This document shows, piece by piece, positions 13,101-24,187 of a stretch of DNA of 64,000 nt (position 1 is the first letter of the stretch; each line of letters starts with the position of its first letter). The stretch covers positions 682,001-746,000 of the forward strand of contig NW_025765570.1 in the NCBI RefSeq assembly GCF_003918875.1, in the 5' to 3' direction. The stretch is from Haliotis rubra (lineage: Eukaryota). A program made the position numbers and the translations under genes. The notes beneath the pieces are model-generated. The model had not been told where the DNA came from. It did not search any database and worked only from the letters and a program-made list of their open reading frames with translations.

Positions 13101-16100
13101 GGGGTCTTCGGCGCGACAACTGCTGAATAGTTCCAGAAACCTGTGGTTTTCGGTGCGACAACTGCTGAATAGTCCCAGAAATATGTTGTCTTCGGCGCGA
13201 CAACTACTGAATAGTCCCAGAAATCTGGGATTTTGGGTCCGGATCGCCCATCGCCATCAGGATATTTCTGTATACACCCATAGCGTGGTATACGTCCAAA
13301 CGTGACTCGCTGTTTTCTAACACATTACGCTAACAAGCCGTAGCAGAAGTCAAATACCTTTTCAGCATAATCAACTCACATTAATTCACAACTTACCGGG
13401 CAATGCACTGATCCCTGCCGCCACACTCACAGTTATCTCCATACCTGCCTTCATTACAAGAGCAAAGCCCACACGCGTACGTTCCTTGCTTGTGGCACAC
13501 TACCGACTCGATCTTTGGTAACAGAGAGGGAAACAGTCAGTCTCCTGGGATCAGACAAATAGATCCACTAATCTACACACTCGAACAAATTACTCCCATC
13601 AAACCACCAAAACCTGCTTTCATAATTAGAAGAAGTCTACTAAAAGCCATTGTACCATGAACATGGTACCATGAATCAATATCTAGTAGTGCTGATACAA
13701 GGGGAACGTATCCAGTCCCACTGGTGGAACTTATCATACAATAGATGCAATGGCAAGTCAATTGTTTCCGTGAAAAACACGGGAACATATGTTAGAAGCC
13801 AAAACGGGGAATTGGAACAAACGTTTCTTACCGGGCGGGTAATGTAAAAAAAAAATCCCATTTTTCATAATGGGCAATGGCAACAGATTGTTGTGCTTTT
13901 CCAGACAAAGCTATCCCTTGATCACGGTCAGGTTTAACATACAGCTTACTCTATGGACTTTAACAGTGGTTGAGACGTAGGGTTGGCATTTAAACAGCTG
14001 GAATCCAGACACTCCACCAGTATTGGCAAGTGTGCTAAGGTTTTGCTGAAAAATGCTCCTCAACCAATGTCTTAATCGCAATCCATCATAGTTGGACTCA
14101 TTACGTTTCAGTCACAATTCTTATCTTTTACAACAAGTCGTTTGAACAAACAGATAGAACTATGCCATCGAAGTGCGCAAGACCATAAATATCTGTGAAA
14201 AGGCGGGGAAAAACGTTTTCGTAGCTCGACATCATAGTTAATACAAAAAACACTGTGACGACAAAGATTCTATCGACATGACTTAATAAGTCATGGAATT
14301 AACAAAATCTATGTTCTATGTTATAAATCTACTCACGACAGCTTCGTCTGGTTTTTCGCAGTCACAACGACACACCGAGGTGAGGAGAACCTTCAGGGGC
14401 CTCTTTTTAAAGCTGCCAACAATCACCTTGATCCTGAAAGGGGGGAACAAAGACTGTAATTACTGAGTTACCAGGCCAGTCCCATTAAGTTCAGGGTGAG
14501 ACACAAAGTAAATTAAATGCGTTTAACGATGATACCAATCAGTGCGTGATACCCATCAGTACGTGATACCCACAGCACGAACCGTTGTCCAAGATTCTGG
14601 CACGGCTATGCAGCTCAGCAACCTTCTCAGCACGTCAGCTTCGACTGTTTCCAAACACTACATCTTCAACTGCATAAGATGGCTTTATGTCAATAAGTTG
14701 TCCTTGATTCCCTATATGACAGACATCATATCGTACATTCTATCCTAATGTATTTTAATTTATGACAAACTTAGTGACTGCCTTTGTTGAAGTTGTTCAA
14801 TACGCGTACAGAGAGATATAGTAAGCTTGCAAACGTACTTTTTTGGTTTAGGGAGGCACCTCTTCATTTGGACCGTCATAGTAACATTCACCTGCAGAAA
14901 CAAACCCTGATACTCGAGTCGGGGACGACACTTTACTTATTTCACTTATATCGTGGTGGCACTCACCACTAATTATTCCTAGAAGATTGTACTAGACAAT
15001 ATACATGATGGTATAACTATTGAAAAAGCACATGCACTGGGGATGTGTTTAGCCGTACGTGCCGCCATTAATAATGACGGTGTGTCGCAACGAGTGCTAT
15101 GTCTTGTTTGGATTGTGTACGGATCGTCGTTCATGCTATCAACCACTGGTTTTACATGTTCTTGATTCGACAATGTCAATGGGGCTGTGACGACGCAGGA
15201 CAACATGCACTCAAGGTGACAACTAATACACATATTAAGTTATCTCACCACATTTCCATTTGATGTCGGGCATTTCGCGATTTTCTTCTTCCATTCAAAT
15301 CTAAAAAGATTAAACATTTGTTAAAATTCGAACATTTGAAAAGCCCTTTGAAAATGATAAGGAACTTTTATTTCGGATTCTAAATTATAAACTTATTTAT
15401 GCACTTTCGAATATATCTTTCAAATATTATTTCACGCGAGATTTACACAATATAAGACTTTACAAATGGACGAGAGGCCAGTCATTTGACCTGAAACTGA
15501 CGTTCTTTTACGAACGACACATTTTGACGTTCAAGAGACGGTGTTTTATTACAAAATACGTTAACAACGACGGACCCCTTCCGTATTCATGCAGATTCAG
15601 ATTCAGTTTATTCAGTAATTCTGGCCTTAAGGCCTACATTACAATTGTTGATGTTACAAAATACTAAGCAAGTCACGTGAACTTATGGTTACATTCATGG
15701 TTGCATTCATGGCTACGCACAGTGAAAACATGTTTGAGATAAATTGCTACAGACTTAACAATCATAATATTCATTCGGACACCCTTGTTGGAATTCCGTA
15801 ACATTAACAAATTGAGAAGCATTATCTGCGATCACTTTGACTCTTTAATGTAAGACTATGTGTTTACGCATTCATTGGCAATAGTACCAGATTTGACTGC
15901 ATGCCTGTGCATATAACTTATATCCTCTCCACAACCATTAGTCAACAAAACAGCCAGCTGCACATCCAACCCACGGATATCGTTGCGATTTCCCGGACAC
16001 TATTCTTCGGTTTCTCTTTGGCCATAATCACTTTTCATAATCATACTCATAAGGTTATAATCGGCCGACTGATCGAATAAATTCAGTAAGAAGTTTGAAA

Positions 16101-19100
16101 ATCTCGTCACGTTTTTTACGTTTGCGCCTCCAACCTCATAATAAAAAAGTACTAGAATCTGTACTTTACTAAGAAAGTGTAATCCCAAATATAACACATG
16201 TTACCGATTTCTAAATGACATTGTGTAATCCTGATGACTGGTTACCATCCGCCATAAAATAGAAGCAATATATAGGACTAGTACTTCATTTACAGACATG
16301 GTCAGACGTAACAAAGACCATCTGATATGAAATGTAATTTTCTGGAGATGAGGGTACCGTATTTGCGATGCGAGTACCGATCTCTTACAGAAGCAAGTCT
16401 CTAATATACGGAGGTATGGTCATCGTGATGCCATTGAAATCAGATTCAATTCATTGTTCACGTCACGATATGGCTGATACATTGCGATGTGACGATAAAT
16501 ATTAACTCACTCACTATAAAAAGGTATAAAAATTGACATTCATTTTGTGAGTTCTTTCGAAAATGAACCTGTACAGGCAGAGTGAAAACCTGTGTGAGCT
16601 TCAGAGCTTTGCTTGGTCATTTTATGAAGGTATATACTCCAAACAACTCACTCAAAGTATTTGTCAACCCTTAAGTGGATATCGAGCTGTCCACCTATAT
16701 GTCGCCACTCACCCTTCACAGTCAGCCTGTACTGTAACCCTCACTCCTCGCGGGTAGCGAAACCGCATAATCACCGGTGTCTGGAAAACGAAGTCTTAAA
16801 CAATGTACCAAACTGAAGTCATATATACTTCCCATCAATAGTTTAGACTCAATTAAAACACTCACTTTATGCTATGTATATGCAAACTTTATGCAGATGA
16901 ATTGCACGAGGATCATGCATCAAATTGCTGAAAAGCATGTGCAAATATCGTGCGTGTGAATAGCTGCGTTTTGGTGTAAAGTTTTGTTAAAAATCCCCAA
17001 ATTTTACTGATTTTTATAATTTATTGAACTCATGACAATATTCTTTTCAACGTTACAATACAGTTCATATTTTAAACGGTATGGAATATTTTGCAAAATT
17101 AAGTAAGTGGCTATATTTACACAAGTGAGTCTAAACTTTTGATAGGAAGTATATATACATGAGCATTATTCTAGCATGCTTTGCAAACCAAATTCTGCGT
17201 ATCAAAATGGAAACTCGGATTATTTTACTCTGATGAATACACAAACTGAAATTGAATTTGGTATTAACAATTTACTTGCAATCTCAGAGGAATACACAAA
17301 AACGTGAATGCCCCGAAGTATGGACACCATGATTTAGTCACCAGTCTGATTGTCAAACAGTTCTCAACAATTGTACAATGCCTCGTTACATGTCCATGCC
17401 CGAAAACTGCCGTCGGTAACTGTAGAAATAGCGCGTTGTATCGGACCAATGAACCCTATGAATGTCCTTTTTCGCGGTTTTCTCTAAGCCTGTGTATCAT
17501 TAAGTAAGTGATGTCTGATCGGACGACGTTACATGATACCAGCGGCCCCATTCTTTCTCTATCATTAAGTAAGTGATGTCTGATCGGACGACGTTACATG
17601 ATACCAGCGGCCTCCTTCTTTCTCTATCATTAAGGAAGTGATGTCTGATCGGACGACGTTACATGATACCAGCGGCCTCCTTCTTTCTCTATCATTAAGG
17701 AAGTGATGTCTGATCGGACGACGTTACACGATACCAGCGGCCTCCTTCTTTCTCTATCATTAAGGAAGGGATGTCTGATCGGACGACGTTATATGATACC
17801 TGCGGCCTCCTTCTTTCTCTATCATTAAGGAAGGGATGTCTGATCAGACGACGTTACATGATACCAGCGGCCTCCTTCTTTCTCTATCATTAAGGAAGGC
17901 ATGTCTGATCGGACGACGTTATATGATACCTGCGGCCTCCGTCTTTCTCTATCATTAAGGAAGTGATGTCTGATCGGACGATGTTACATGATACCAGCGG
18001 CCTCCTTCTTTCTTCATCATTAAGGAAGTGATGTCTGATCGGACGACGTTACATGATACCAGCGGCCTCCTTCTTTCTCTATCATTAAGGAAGTGATGTC
18101 TGATCGGACGACGTTACATGATACCAGCGGCCTCCTCTATCATTAAGGAAGTGATGTCTATCGACGTTACATGATACCAGCGGCCCCCATTCTTTCTCTC
18201 ATTAAGGAAGTGATGTCTGATCGGACGACGTTACATGATACCAGCGGCCTCCTTCTTTCTATCATTAAGGAAGTGATGTCTGATCGGACGACGTTACATG
18301 ATACCAGCGGCCTCATTCTTTCTCTATCATTAAGTAAGTGATGTCTGTCTGATACCAGCGGACGACATTACATGATACCAGATCGGACCTCCTTCCAGCT
18401 CTATCATTAAGTAAGTGATGTCTGATCGGACGACGTTACATGATACCAGCGGCCTCCTTCTTTCTCTATCATTCATTAAGGAAGTGATGTCTGATCGGAC
18501 GACGTTACATGATACCAGCGGCCTCCTTCTTTCTCTATCATTAAGGAAGTGATGTCTGATCGGACGACGTTACATGATACCAGCGGCCTCCTTCTTTCTC
18601 TATCATTAAGGAAGTGATGTCTGATCGGACGACGTTACATGATACCAGCGGCCTCCTTCTTTCTCTATCATTAAGGAAGGGATGTCTGATCGGACGACGT
18701 TACATGATACCTGCGGCCTCCTTCTTTCTCTATCATTAAGGAAGGGATGTCTGATCGGACGACGTTACATGATACCAGCGGCCTCCTTCTTTCTCTATCA
18801 TTAAGGAAGGATATGTCTGATCGGACGACGTTATATGATACCAGCGGCCTCCTTCTTTCTCTATCATTAAGGAAGTGATGTCTGATCGGACGACGTTCAT
18901 GATACCAGCGGCCTCCTTCTTTCTCTATCATTAAAGGAAGTGATGTCTGATCGGACGACGTTACATGATACCAGCGGCCTCCTTCTTTCTCTATCATTAA
19001 GGAAGTGATGTCTGATCGGACGACGTTACATGATACCAGCGGCCTCCTTCTTTCTCTATCATTAAAGGAAGGTATCTGATCGGACGACGTTACATGATAC

Positions 19101-22100
19101 CAGCGGCCTCCTTCTTTCTCTATCATTAAGGAAGTGATGTCTGATCGGACGACGTTACATGATACCAGCGGCCTCCTTCTTTTCTATCATTAAGGAAGGA
19201 TGTCTGATCGGACGACGTTACATGATACCTGCGGCCTCCTTCTTTCTCTATCATTAAGGAAGTGATGTCTGATCGGACGACGTTACATGATACCAGCGGC
19301 CTCCTTCTCTATCATTAAGGAAGGGATGTCTCGGACGACGTTACATGATACCAGCGGCCTCCTTCTTTCTCTATCATTAAGGAAGTGATGTCTGATCGGA
19401 CGACGTTACATGATACCAGCGGCCTCCTTCTTTCTCTATCATTAAGGAAGTGATGTCTGATCGGACGACGTTACATGATACCAGCGGCCTCCTTCTTTTC
19501 TATCATTAAGGAAGTGATTGATCGGACGACGTTACATGATACCAGCGGATCTCTATCATTAAGGAAGGACGATCGACGACATGATACCAGCGGCCTCCTT
19601 CTTTCTCTATCATTAAGGAAGTGATGTCTGATCGGACGACGTTACATGATACCAGCGGCCTCCTTCTTTCTCTATCATTAAGGAAGTGATGTCTGATCGG
19701 ACGACGTTACATGATACCAGCGGCCTCCTTCTTTCTCTATCATTAAGGAAGTGATGTCTGATCGGACGACGTTACATGATACCAGCGGCCTCCTTCTTTC
19801 TCTATCATTAAGGAAGTGATGTCTGATCGGACGACGTTACATGATACCAGCGGCCTCCTTCTTTCTCTATCATTAAGGAAGGGATGTCTGATCGGACGAC
19901 GTTACGACGCCTCCTTCTTTCTCTATCATTAAGGAAGTGATGTCTGATCGGACGACGCATGATACCAGCGGCCTCCTTCTTTCTCTATCATTAAGGAAGG
20001 ATGATCGTTACATGATCGCGGACGACGTCAGACGACATGATACCAGCGGCCTCCTTCTTTCTCTATCATTAAGGAAGGGATGTCTGATCGGACGACGTTA
20101 CATGATACCAGCGGCCTCCTTCTTTCTCTATCATTAAGGAAGGATGTCTGATCGGACGACGTTACATGATACCAGCGGCCTCCTTCTTTCTCTATCATTA
20201 AGGAAGGGATGTCTGATCGGACGACGTTACATGATACCAGCGGCCTCCTACCAGCGGCCTCCTTCTTTCTATCATTAAGGAAGGGATGTCTGATCGGACG
20301 ACGTTACATGATACCAGCGGCCTCCTTCTTTCTCTATCATTAAGGAAGTGATGTCTGATCAGACGACGTTACATGATACCAGCGGCCTCCTTCTTTCTCT
20401 ATCATTAAGGAAGTGATGTCTGATCGGACGACGTTACATGATACCAGCGGCCTCCTTCTTTCTCTATCATTAAGTGATGTGATCGGACGACGTTCATGAT
20501 CAGACGACGTTATCATTGATACTGATCAGACGACGTTACATGATACCAGCGGCCTCCTTCTTTCTCTATCATTAAGGAAGGGATGTCTGATCGGACGACG
20601 TTACATGATACCAGCGGCCTCCTTCTTTCTCTATCATTAAGGAAGGGATGTCTGATCAGACGACGTTACATGATACCAGCCTCCTTCTGATGACGCTGGA
20701 GGAGAGTCCGACTTCCATCTTAGGCATGGGTCATGGGATTGGATGAATAAGGACTCGGTCATCATGTTCATTTGTTTTCTTCGTTCTTCCAGGTCTTGAC
20801 CGATCCTTTACTTCACTAGTGGCCACGCGCTTCATCACATGTTGTCTAATATCCATGTTCTGGTTACTGTTCATGTTGGCACCTTTCCTTTGTTGCAACA
20901 CCACATCCCTGTGTTATGCATGCCAATCGTGTATGTTCTGAAAATCTACGTCCTGCCGTGTCCAGAAAGGTTCATCCTTGTACTGCCGTCTATTAAATCA
21001 GTTCTGAAAACTGCAGCGCACATGCTGTACTTATACGCCAATATGACTGGCGCCTTCGCAGCAGATAAACATGATGCCCACTGCTTTTGAGAAATTGTTT
21101 GAAGCATGTGCATGTGAATTCCAGTATGCTAGGTATGATCACCTGTTGGGACCAAAATTTTAAAACTGCCCTTGGATTCAGGTGGGCTTAATTAATGGTC
21201 ATGTGTATACCAAACTGTACATTACTGACACAAGTCAGAAGCATTATGCATACGTACATTTTAAGCTGGTGTTGAAACAGTGACCAAAATTTGAAAATAT
21301 ATTTTCAGTTTGGAAAGACTTATTTACATACCATGCACAAGACCAAATCACATTGTTGTTCCACACAGATTCATAACGGCCATCCACCCTAACAGAAACC
21401 CATCATGACGGACATGGGCAGGACAACAGACAAACAAAAGGCCATAGGCTCACTTGACCCTCCTTCCGGGGTGGGCTTAAACAGGGTTCAAGAAGTATGG
21501 GACTTGATATTTGATTTCATTTTATAATACTTTATTGTCTCGAAGGAAACTTCACAAGCAATAGCCATATATATCAAAACATCAAGACTTACCTTCTTGG
21601 CTTTAACACGGAAAGGAATGTTCGCTTTGGCACCTGTAGATGGAATATGTAATAGGAAGAGTGTCACAAAAACATGGCACTAGATCGGCATGAAATGAGA
21701 GCTGTTGTATATCTTTCCTCAATACAAAACGAGAGTACAAACTACGTGAAATGAGAGAGCTGGTCCCAGCATTCAAAATTCGTCTATATAACGCCCATAG
21801 TGAAGCTAAAGTAACAACTCACAAGTGAGATGTATTTAAGGACAGATGTAATGCCAACAGATTTAATTCAACAATGTTAGCTTGATGTGAGTCAATGCGT
21901 TTGTGTTAGTGTGGAATAGATGGTGGTAATATTCCTCTACCTCGTCTCAAATGGAGGTTAACAAGCTGTGGTGTAATGGGACGGTTTCGCCTGATCTCAC
22001 GGGCCTGCAATCATACATATTTTGCGAATGAGTAAAGATATTTAACCCCGAAATCATATTCAAAGGCAGATTCTCTCAAATGACGACAGTTAACCTTCCT

Positions 22101-24046
22101 TGGCATGACATAATCTTCATATTACTACAGTTAGTCTTCCTTGACATGATAGAATCTTCTTATCACTACAATTAATCGTCTTAGTCATGACAGAATCTTT
22201 ATATTACTACAGTTAATCTTCCTTGACATGACAGAATCTTCACATAATCACGGTTAATCACCCTTGTCATGACAGAATCTTCATATTACCACAGTTAGTC
22301 TTCCTTTTCATGACAGAATCTTTATATTACTACAGTTAATCTTCCTTGACATGACAGAATCTTCACATTACCACGGTTAATCTTCCTTGTCATGACAGAA
22401 TCTTCATATTACTACAGTTAATCTTGCTTGACATGACAGGATCTACATATTACTACAGTTAATCTTCCTTGGCATCGCAGAATCTACATATTACTACAGT
22501 TAATCTTCCTTGACATGACAGAATCTTCATATTACCACAGTTTATCTTGCTTGTCATGACAGAATCTTCTACTATTAGTCTTCCTTGGCATGATAGAATC
22601 TTCATATTACTACAATTAATCGTCCTTGGCATGACAGAATGGTCATAATTACTACAGTTAATCGTCCTTTGACATGACAGAATCTACATATTACTACAGT
22701 TAATCGTCCTTTGACATGACAGAATCTACATATTACTACAGTTAATCTTCCTTGGCATCGCAGAATCTACATATTACTACAGTTAATCTTCCTTGTCATG
22801 ACAGAATCTTCATATTACTGCATAACATATTACCGAAGTAATCTGAAAGGCTAGCCCTATAAATGTTTTTTTCAGTAGTTTACTCTGTATGCGCTCCCAA
22901 AGGCCTCAAGTATAACAACGCTGGATGTACAATGGTCATGACTATTCATTCAATGTTTATGTACGTGACAGCTCATTTGAAGTGTCCCGTGTTACGTCCC
23001 GAAATAAAAATAATACATTAGGTGATAACGGGAATATCTTTGTTGTACTTAGAGTAATGGCATGCGTATTGAGTGTATATTGTTGGGCCCTACAATGGGT
23101 AAGTTTCGTGTACCATGCAATAGAATTATGACATTAATACATATCGCTTCTAAATGAAGGAATATTCGACATGTGCCTGACAAATAGTGTTATATGGGAA
23201 AGAGATTTGTTTCAGTAATAAAATACATTTAGTTCATACCTTTCTAATTGTCGTGAAGATCCGTTCCGGCGACACAATGTGTTTTTCATAACAAGTTGAA
23301 CCCTTCTTCAGCTTATTAAAGGGAAAGCATCGAGGTTCTCGAAAATATCCCTGTTGATAATATATAGGTATGGCATGTATCAGACAGTAAGTGAGTGAGT
23401 ATGGTTTTACGCCGCTTTTAGCAATATTCCAGCAATATGGGGGACACCAGAAATGGGCTTCACACAATGTGCCCCTGTGGGGAATCGAACCCGGGTCTTC
23501 GGCGTGACGAGCCAACGTTTTAACCACTAGGCTACCCCACAGCCCTGTATCAGACACAGTTTTACTTGGTGTACATACCTGATATGGTGTTACACAATTA
23601 CAACATGGAGTAAGACTAATCTGTTAGGTACGCACCTCGCTGCACCACGCGCACCTGACATTGGCGGTGATGCACTCACTGCAGGAGGTGGCGTTTGTGG
23701 GACAGATGGGCTTCCTGGACACTGAAGACACAACAATACACATTAAGGATACACACAGACTGCGGGCGTTACCATGTTAGGTCACTTTAAAATTAGAAAC
23801 CTCCCCCTATTTTTAAGAAGAATTTCCGTGCATAGAATGATGCGGATGTTTTGGTCCACAAGACTGCCTTACTTCAAAATTTATGAGGGGGTAAATTTTA
23901 AGGGTTCACCAATGGGGTGGGGCAGCAATTCTGTACACACGCACTGGGGGGCAGCAATTCTGTAAATAAAAGTATGTTTAAAAAATTATGGGAAGGGGAG
24001 GGGGGGCATTGATTTTGTACATGATATAGATACAAAATCATCATCA

Positions 24047-24086
<40 letters not shown>

Positions 24087-24187
24087 AGAGTTACCGTTTA
24101 AAGGACAATGTAGCAACGCCGATAAAACACACGTGTACCTGCTAAGTTCACAGCAGTAAGCAGCAATACGACAGCCAAGATGTCCAT
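7060..24187 (-). CDS. Integrin beta-like gene, 12 coding exons (signal peptide-PSI-hybrid-I-EGF1-3), lacking the beta-I domain; 3' end unresolved
   Basis: Hand-spliced product: MDILAVVLLLTAVNLAVSRKPICPTNATSCSECITANVRCAWCSEGYFREPRCFPFNKLKKGSTCYEKHIVSPERIFTTIRKAREIRRNRPITPQLVNLHLRRGAKANIPFRVKAKKTPVIMRFRYPRGVRVTVQADCEGFEWKKKIAKCPTSNGNVVNVTMTVQMKRCLPKPKKIKVIVGSFKKRPLKVLLTSVCRCDCEKPDEAVIESVVCHKQGTYACGLCSCNEGRYGDNCECGGRDQCIARGMTEECSGRGTCFCGRCQCNSISSTSPARYSGRFCQCDDTACVYHQGEVCG. Integrin-beta motifs: SCxECI..CAWC, PQxxxLxLRxG, CxCxCE, CSGRGxCxCGxCxC, YSGxFCxCDD. All introns GT-AG and phase-consistent. Confidence 0.9.
7838..8087 (+). mobile_element. SINE-like family B (no tRNA head; (TCAC)n tail)
   Basis: gacccgtgaagatccg...cttgtcgtaagaggcgactaacgggatc...gcggcgtaaacctcaactcactcactc; homologous copies at 25443, 36337 and 50248. 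Confidence 0.88.
8187..8250 (-). CDS. Integrin beta-like exon 11 (I-EGF2)
   Basis: cactttcag|A...TCG|gtaagt; GMTEECSGRGTCFCGRCQCNS. Confidence 0.93.
9012..10460 (+). mobile_element. Degenerate non-LTR retrotransposon reverse transcriptase remnant (RTEX-like, clade uncertain), interrupted by a SINE
   Basis: Fragments LTFRVVTLISVPC...ILADEQNGFR, FVDLKKVFDNVDR, QGVKQGC, LMLFGDDIVLLA and VQPVLLYGSAVW...VQNRACRF, with frameshifts and stops. Confidence 0.9.
9180..9535 (-). mobile_element. tRNA-derived SINE family C (Meta-domain-like body, (CACCT)n tail)
   Basis: Minus-strand head gtggtgtagtggttagagcgtccgcc...ggttcgatcccc (Pol III A/B boxes); flanked by aaaaagggg at 9171 and 9539; second copy at 27124. 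Confidence 0.9.
10623..10776 (+). mobile_element. tRNA-derived SINE family A
   Basis: ggtggggtagcctagtggttaaagcg...ggttcgaatccc; TSD tcttagcaaca at 10612 and 10777. Confidence 0.92.
11701..13229. repeat. 42-bp tandem array with two interspersed unit types, ~36 copies
   Basis: Constant gctgaatagtcccagaaatctgtggtc followed by either cacgacggaaattct or ttcggtgcgacaact. Confidence 0.97.
13397..13512 (-). CDS. Integrin beta-like exon 10 (I-EGF1)
   Basis: accaaag|ATC...GCC CG|gtaagt; IESVVCHKQGTYACGLCSCNEGRYGDNCECGGRDQCIA. Confidence 0.92.
14337..14433 (-). CDS. Integrin beta-like exon 9 (hybrid end, CxCxCE linker)
   Basis: cctttcag|G...GTC|gtgagt; IKVIVGSFKKRPLKVLLTSVCRCDCEKPDEAV. Confidence 0.9.
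14839..14891 (-). CDS. Integrin beta-like exon 8 (hybrid)
   Basis: tttctgcag|GTG...AAA AA|gtacgt; VNVTMTVQMKRCLPKPK; phase 0 to phase 2. Confidence 0.82.
15249..15300 (-). CDS. Integrin beta-like exon 7 (hybrid)
   Basis: tctttttag|A...GTG|gtgaga; FEWKKKIAKCPTSNGNV; phase 2 to phase 0. Confidence 0.8.
16143..16230 (+). mobile_element. 3' fragment of family D element
   Basis: aaaaagtactagaatctgtactttactaagaaagtgtaatcccaaat...cattgtgtaatc matches the right ends of the 40732 and 48765 copies. Confidence 0.8.
16713..16780 (-). CDS. Integrin beta-like exon 6 (hybrid strand that normally follows beta-I)
   Basis: cgttttccag|ACA...GAA GG|gtgagt; TPVIMRFRYPRGVRVTVQADCE(G); phase 0 to phase 2. Confidence 0.85.
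16826..17151. mobile_element. Tc1/mariner-type MITE
   Basis: Inverted termini tacttcccatcaatagtttagactca / tgagtctaaacttttgataggaagta in a TA context; left-half homolog at 34093. Confidence 0.8.
17496..20690. repeat. 65-bp tandem array, ~49 copies
   Basis: Unit gaagtgatgtctgatcggacgacgttacatgataccagcggcctccttctttctctatcattaag. Confidence 0.98.
20670..20990 (-). mobile_element. Degenerate Tc1 transposase N-terminal (HTH) remnant
   Basis: Minus-strand fragments TIGMHNTGM, ATSEVKDRSRPGRTKKTNEHDDRVL (GRPR-type motif) and LSSSVIRRRLVS, running into the 65-bp array. Confidence 0.75.
21593..21633 (-). CDS. Integrin beta-like exon 5 (hybrid strand that normally precedes beta-I)
   Basis: catctacag|GT...AAG|gtaagt; (G)AKANIPFRVKAKK; phase 1 to phase 0. 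Confidence 0.85.
21941..22004 (-). CDS. Integrin beta-like exon 4 (hybrid domain, N-terminal part)
   Basis: gattgcag|GCC...CGA G|gtagag; AREIRRNRPITPQLVNLHLRR(G), matching the integrin-beta IxPQxxxLxLRxG motif. Confidence 0.88.
22086..22820. repeat. 41-bp tandem array, ~18 diverged copies
   Basis: Unit cttcatattactacagttaatcttccttgacatgacagaat; lies in intron 3 of the gene. Confidence 0.95.
23240..23350 (-). CDS. Integrin beta-like exon 3 (PSI C-terminal half)
   Basis: atcaacag|GGA...AAG|gtatga; 37 codons, GYFREPRC...GSTC...IVSPERIFTTIRK. Confidence 0.85.
23387..23545 (-). mobile_element. SINE family A
   Basis: Reverse complement of the family A head and body; TSD tgtatcagaca at 23376 and 23546. 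Confidence 0.92.
23636..23721 (-). CDS. Integrin beta-like exon 2 (PSI domain)
   Basis: gtgtcttcag|TG...GAG|gtgcgt; SRKPICPTNATSCSECITANVRCAWCSE. Confidence 0.92.
24048..24084. repeat. (CA)n microsatellite
   Basis: Pure CA run in intron 1. Confidence 0.95.
24139..24187 (-). CDS. Integrin beta-like exon 1 (signal peptide)
   Basis: ATG GAC ATC TTG... = MDILAVVLLLTAVNLA, then G|gtacac donor (phase 1); hydrophobic core. Confidence 0.8.

Noticed and set aside
11597-13305. Long ORFs (up to 375 aa) and a CRISPR-like repeat/spacer appearance
   Set aside because: The ORFs result from a 42-bp unit divisible by three and are open on both strands. The 'spacers' are two recurring 15-bp variants, and there are no cas genes in this intron-containing context.
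18340-20530. Scrambled units inside arrays (also near 4080, 34700 and 45400)
   Set aside because: Cannot be distinguished from long-read consensus errors without raw reads.
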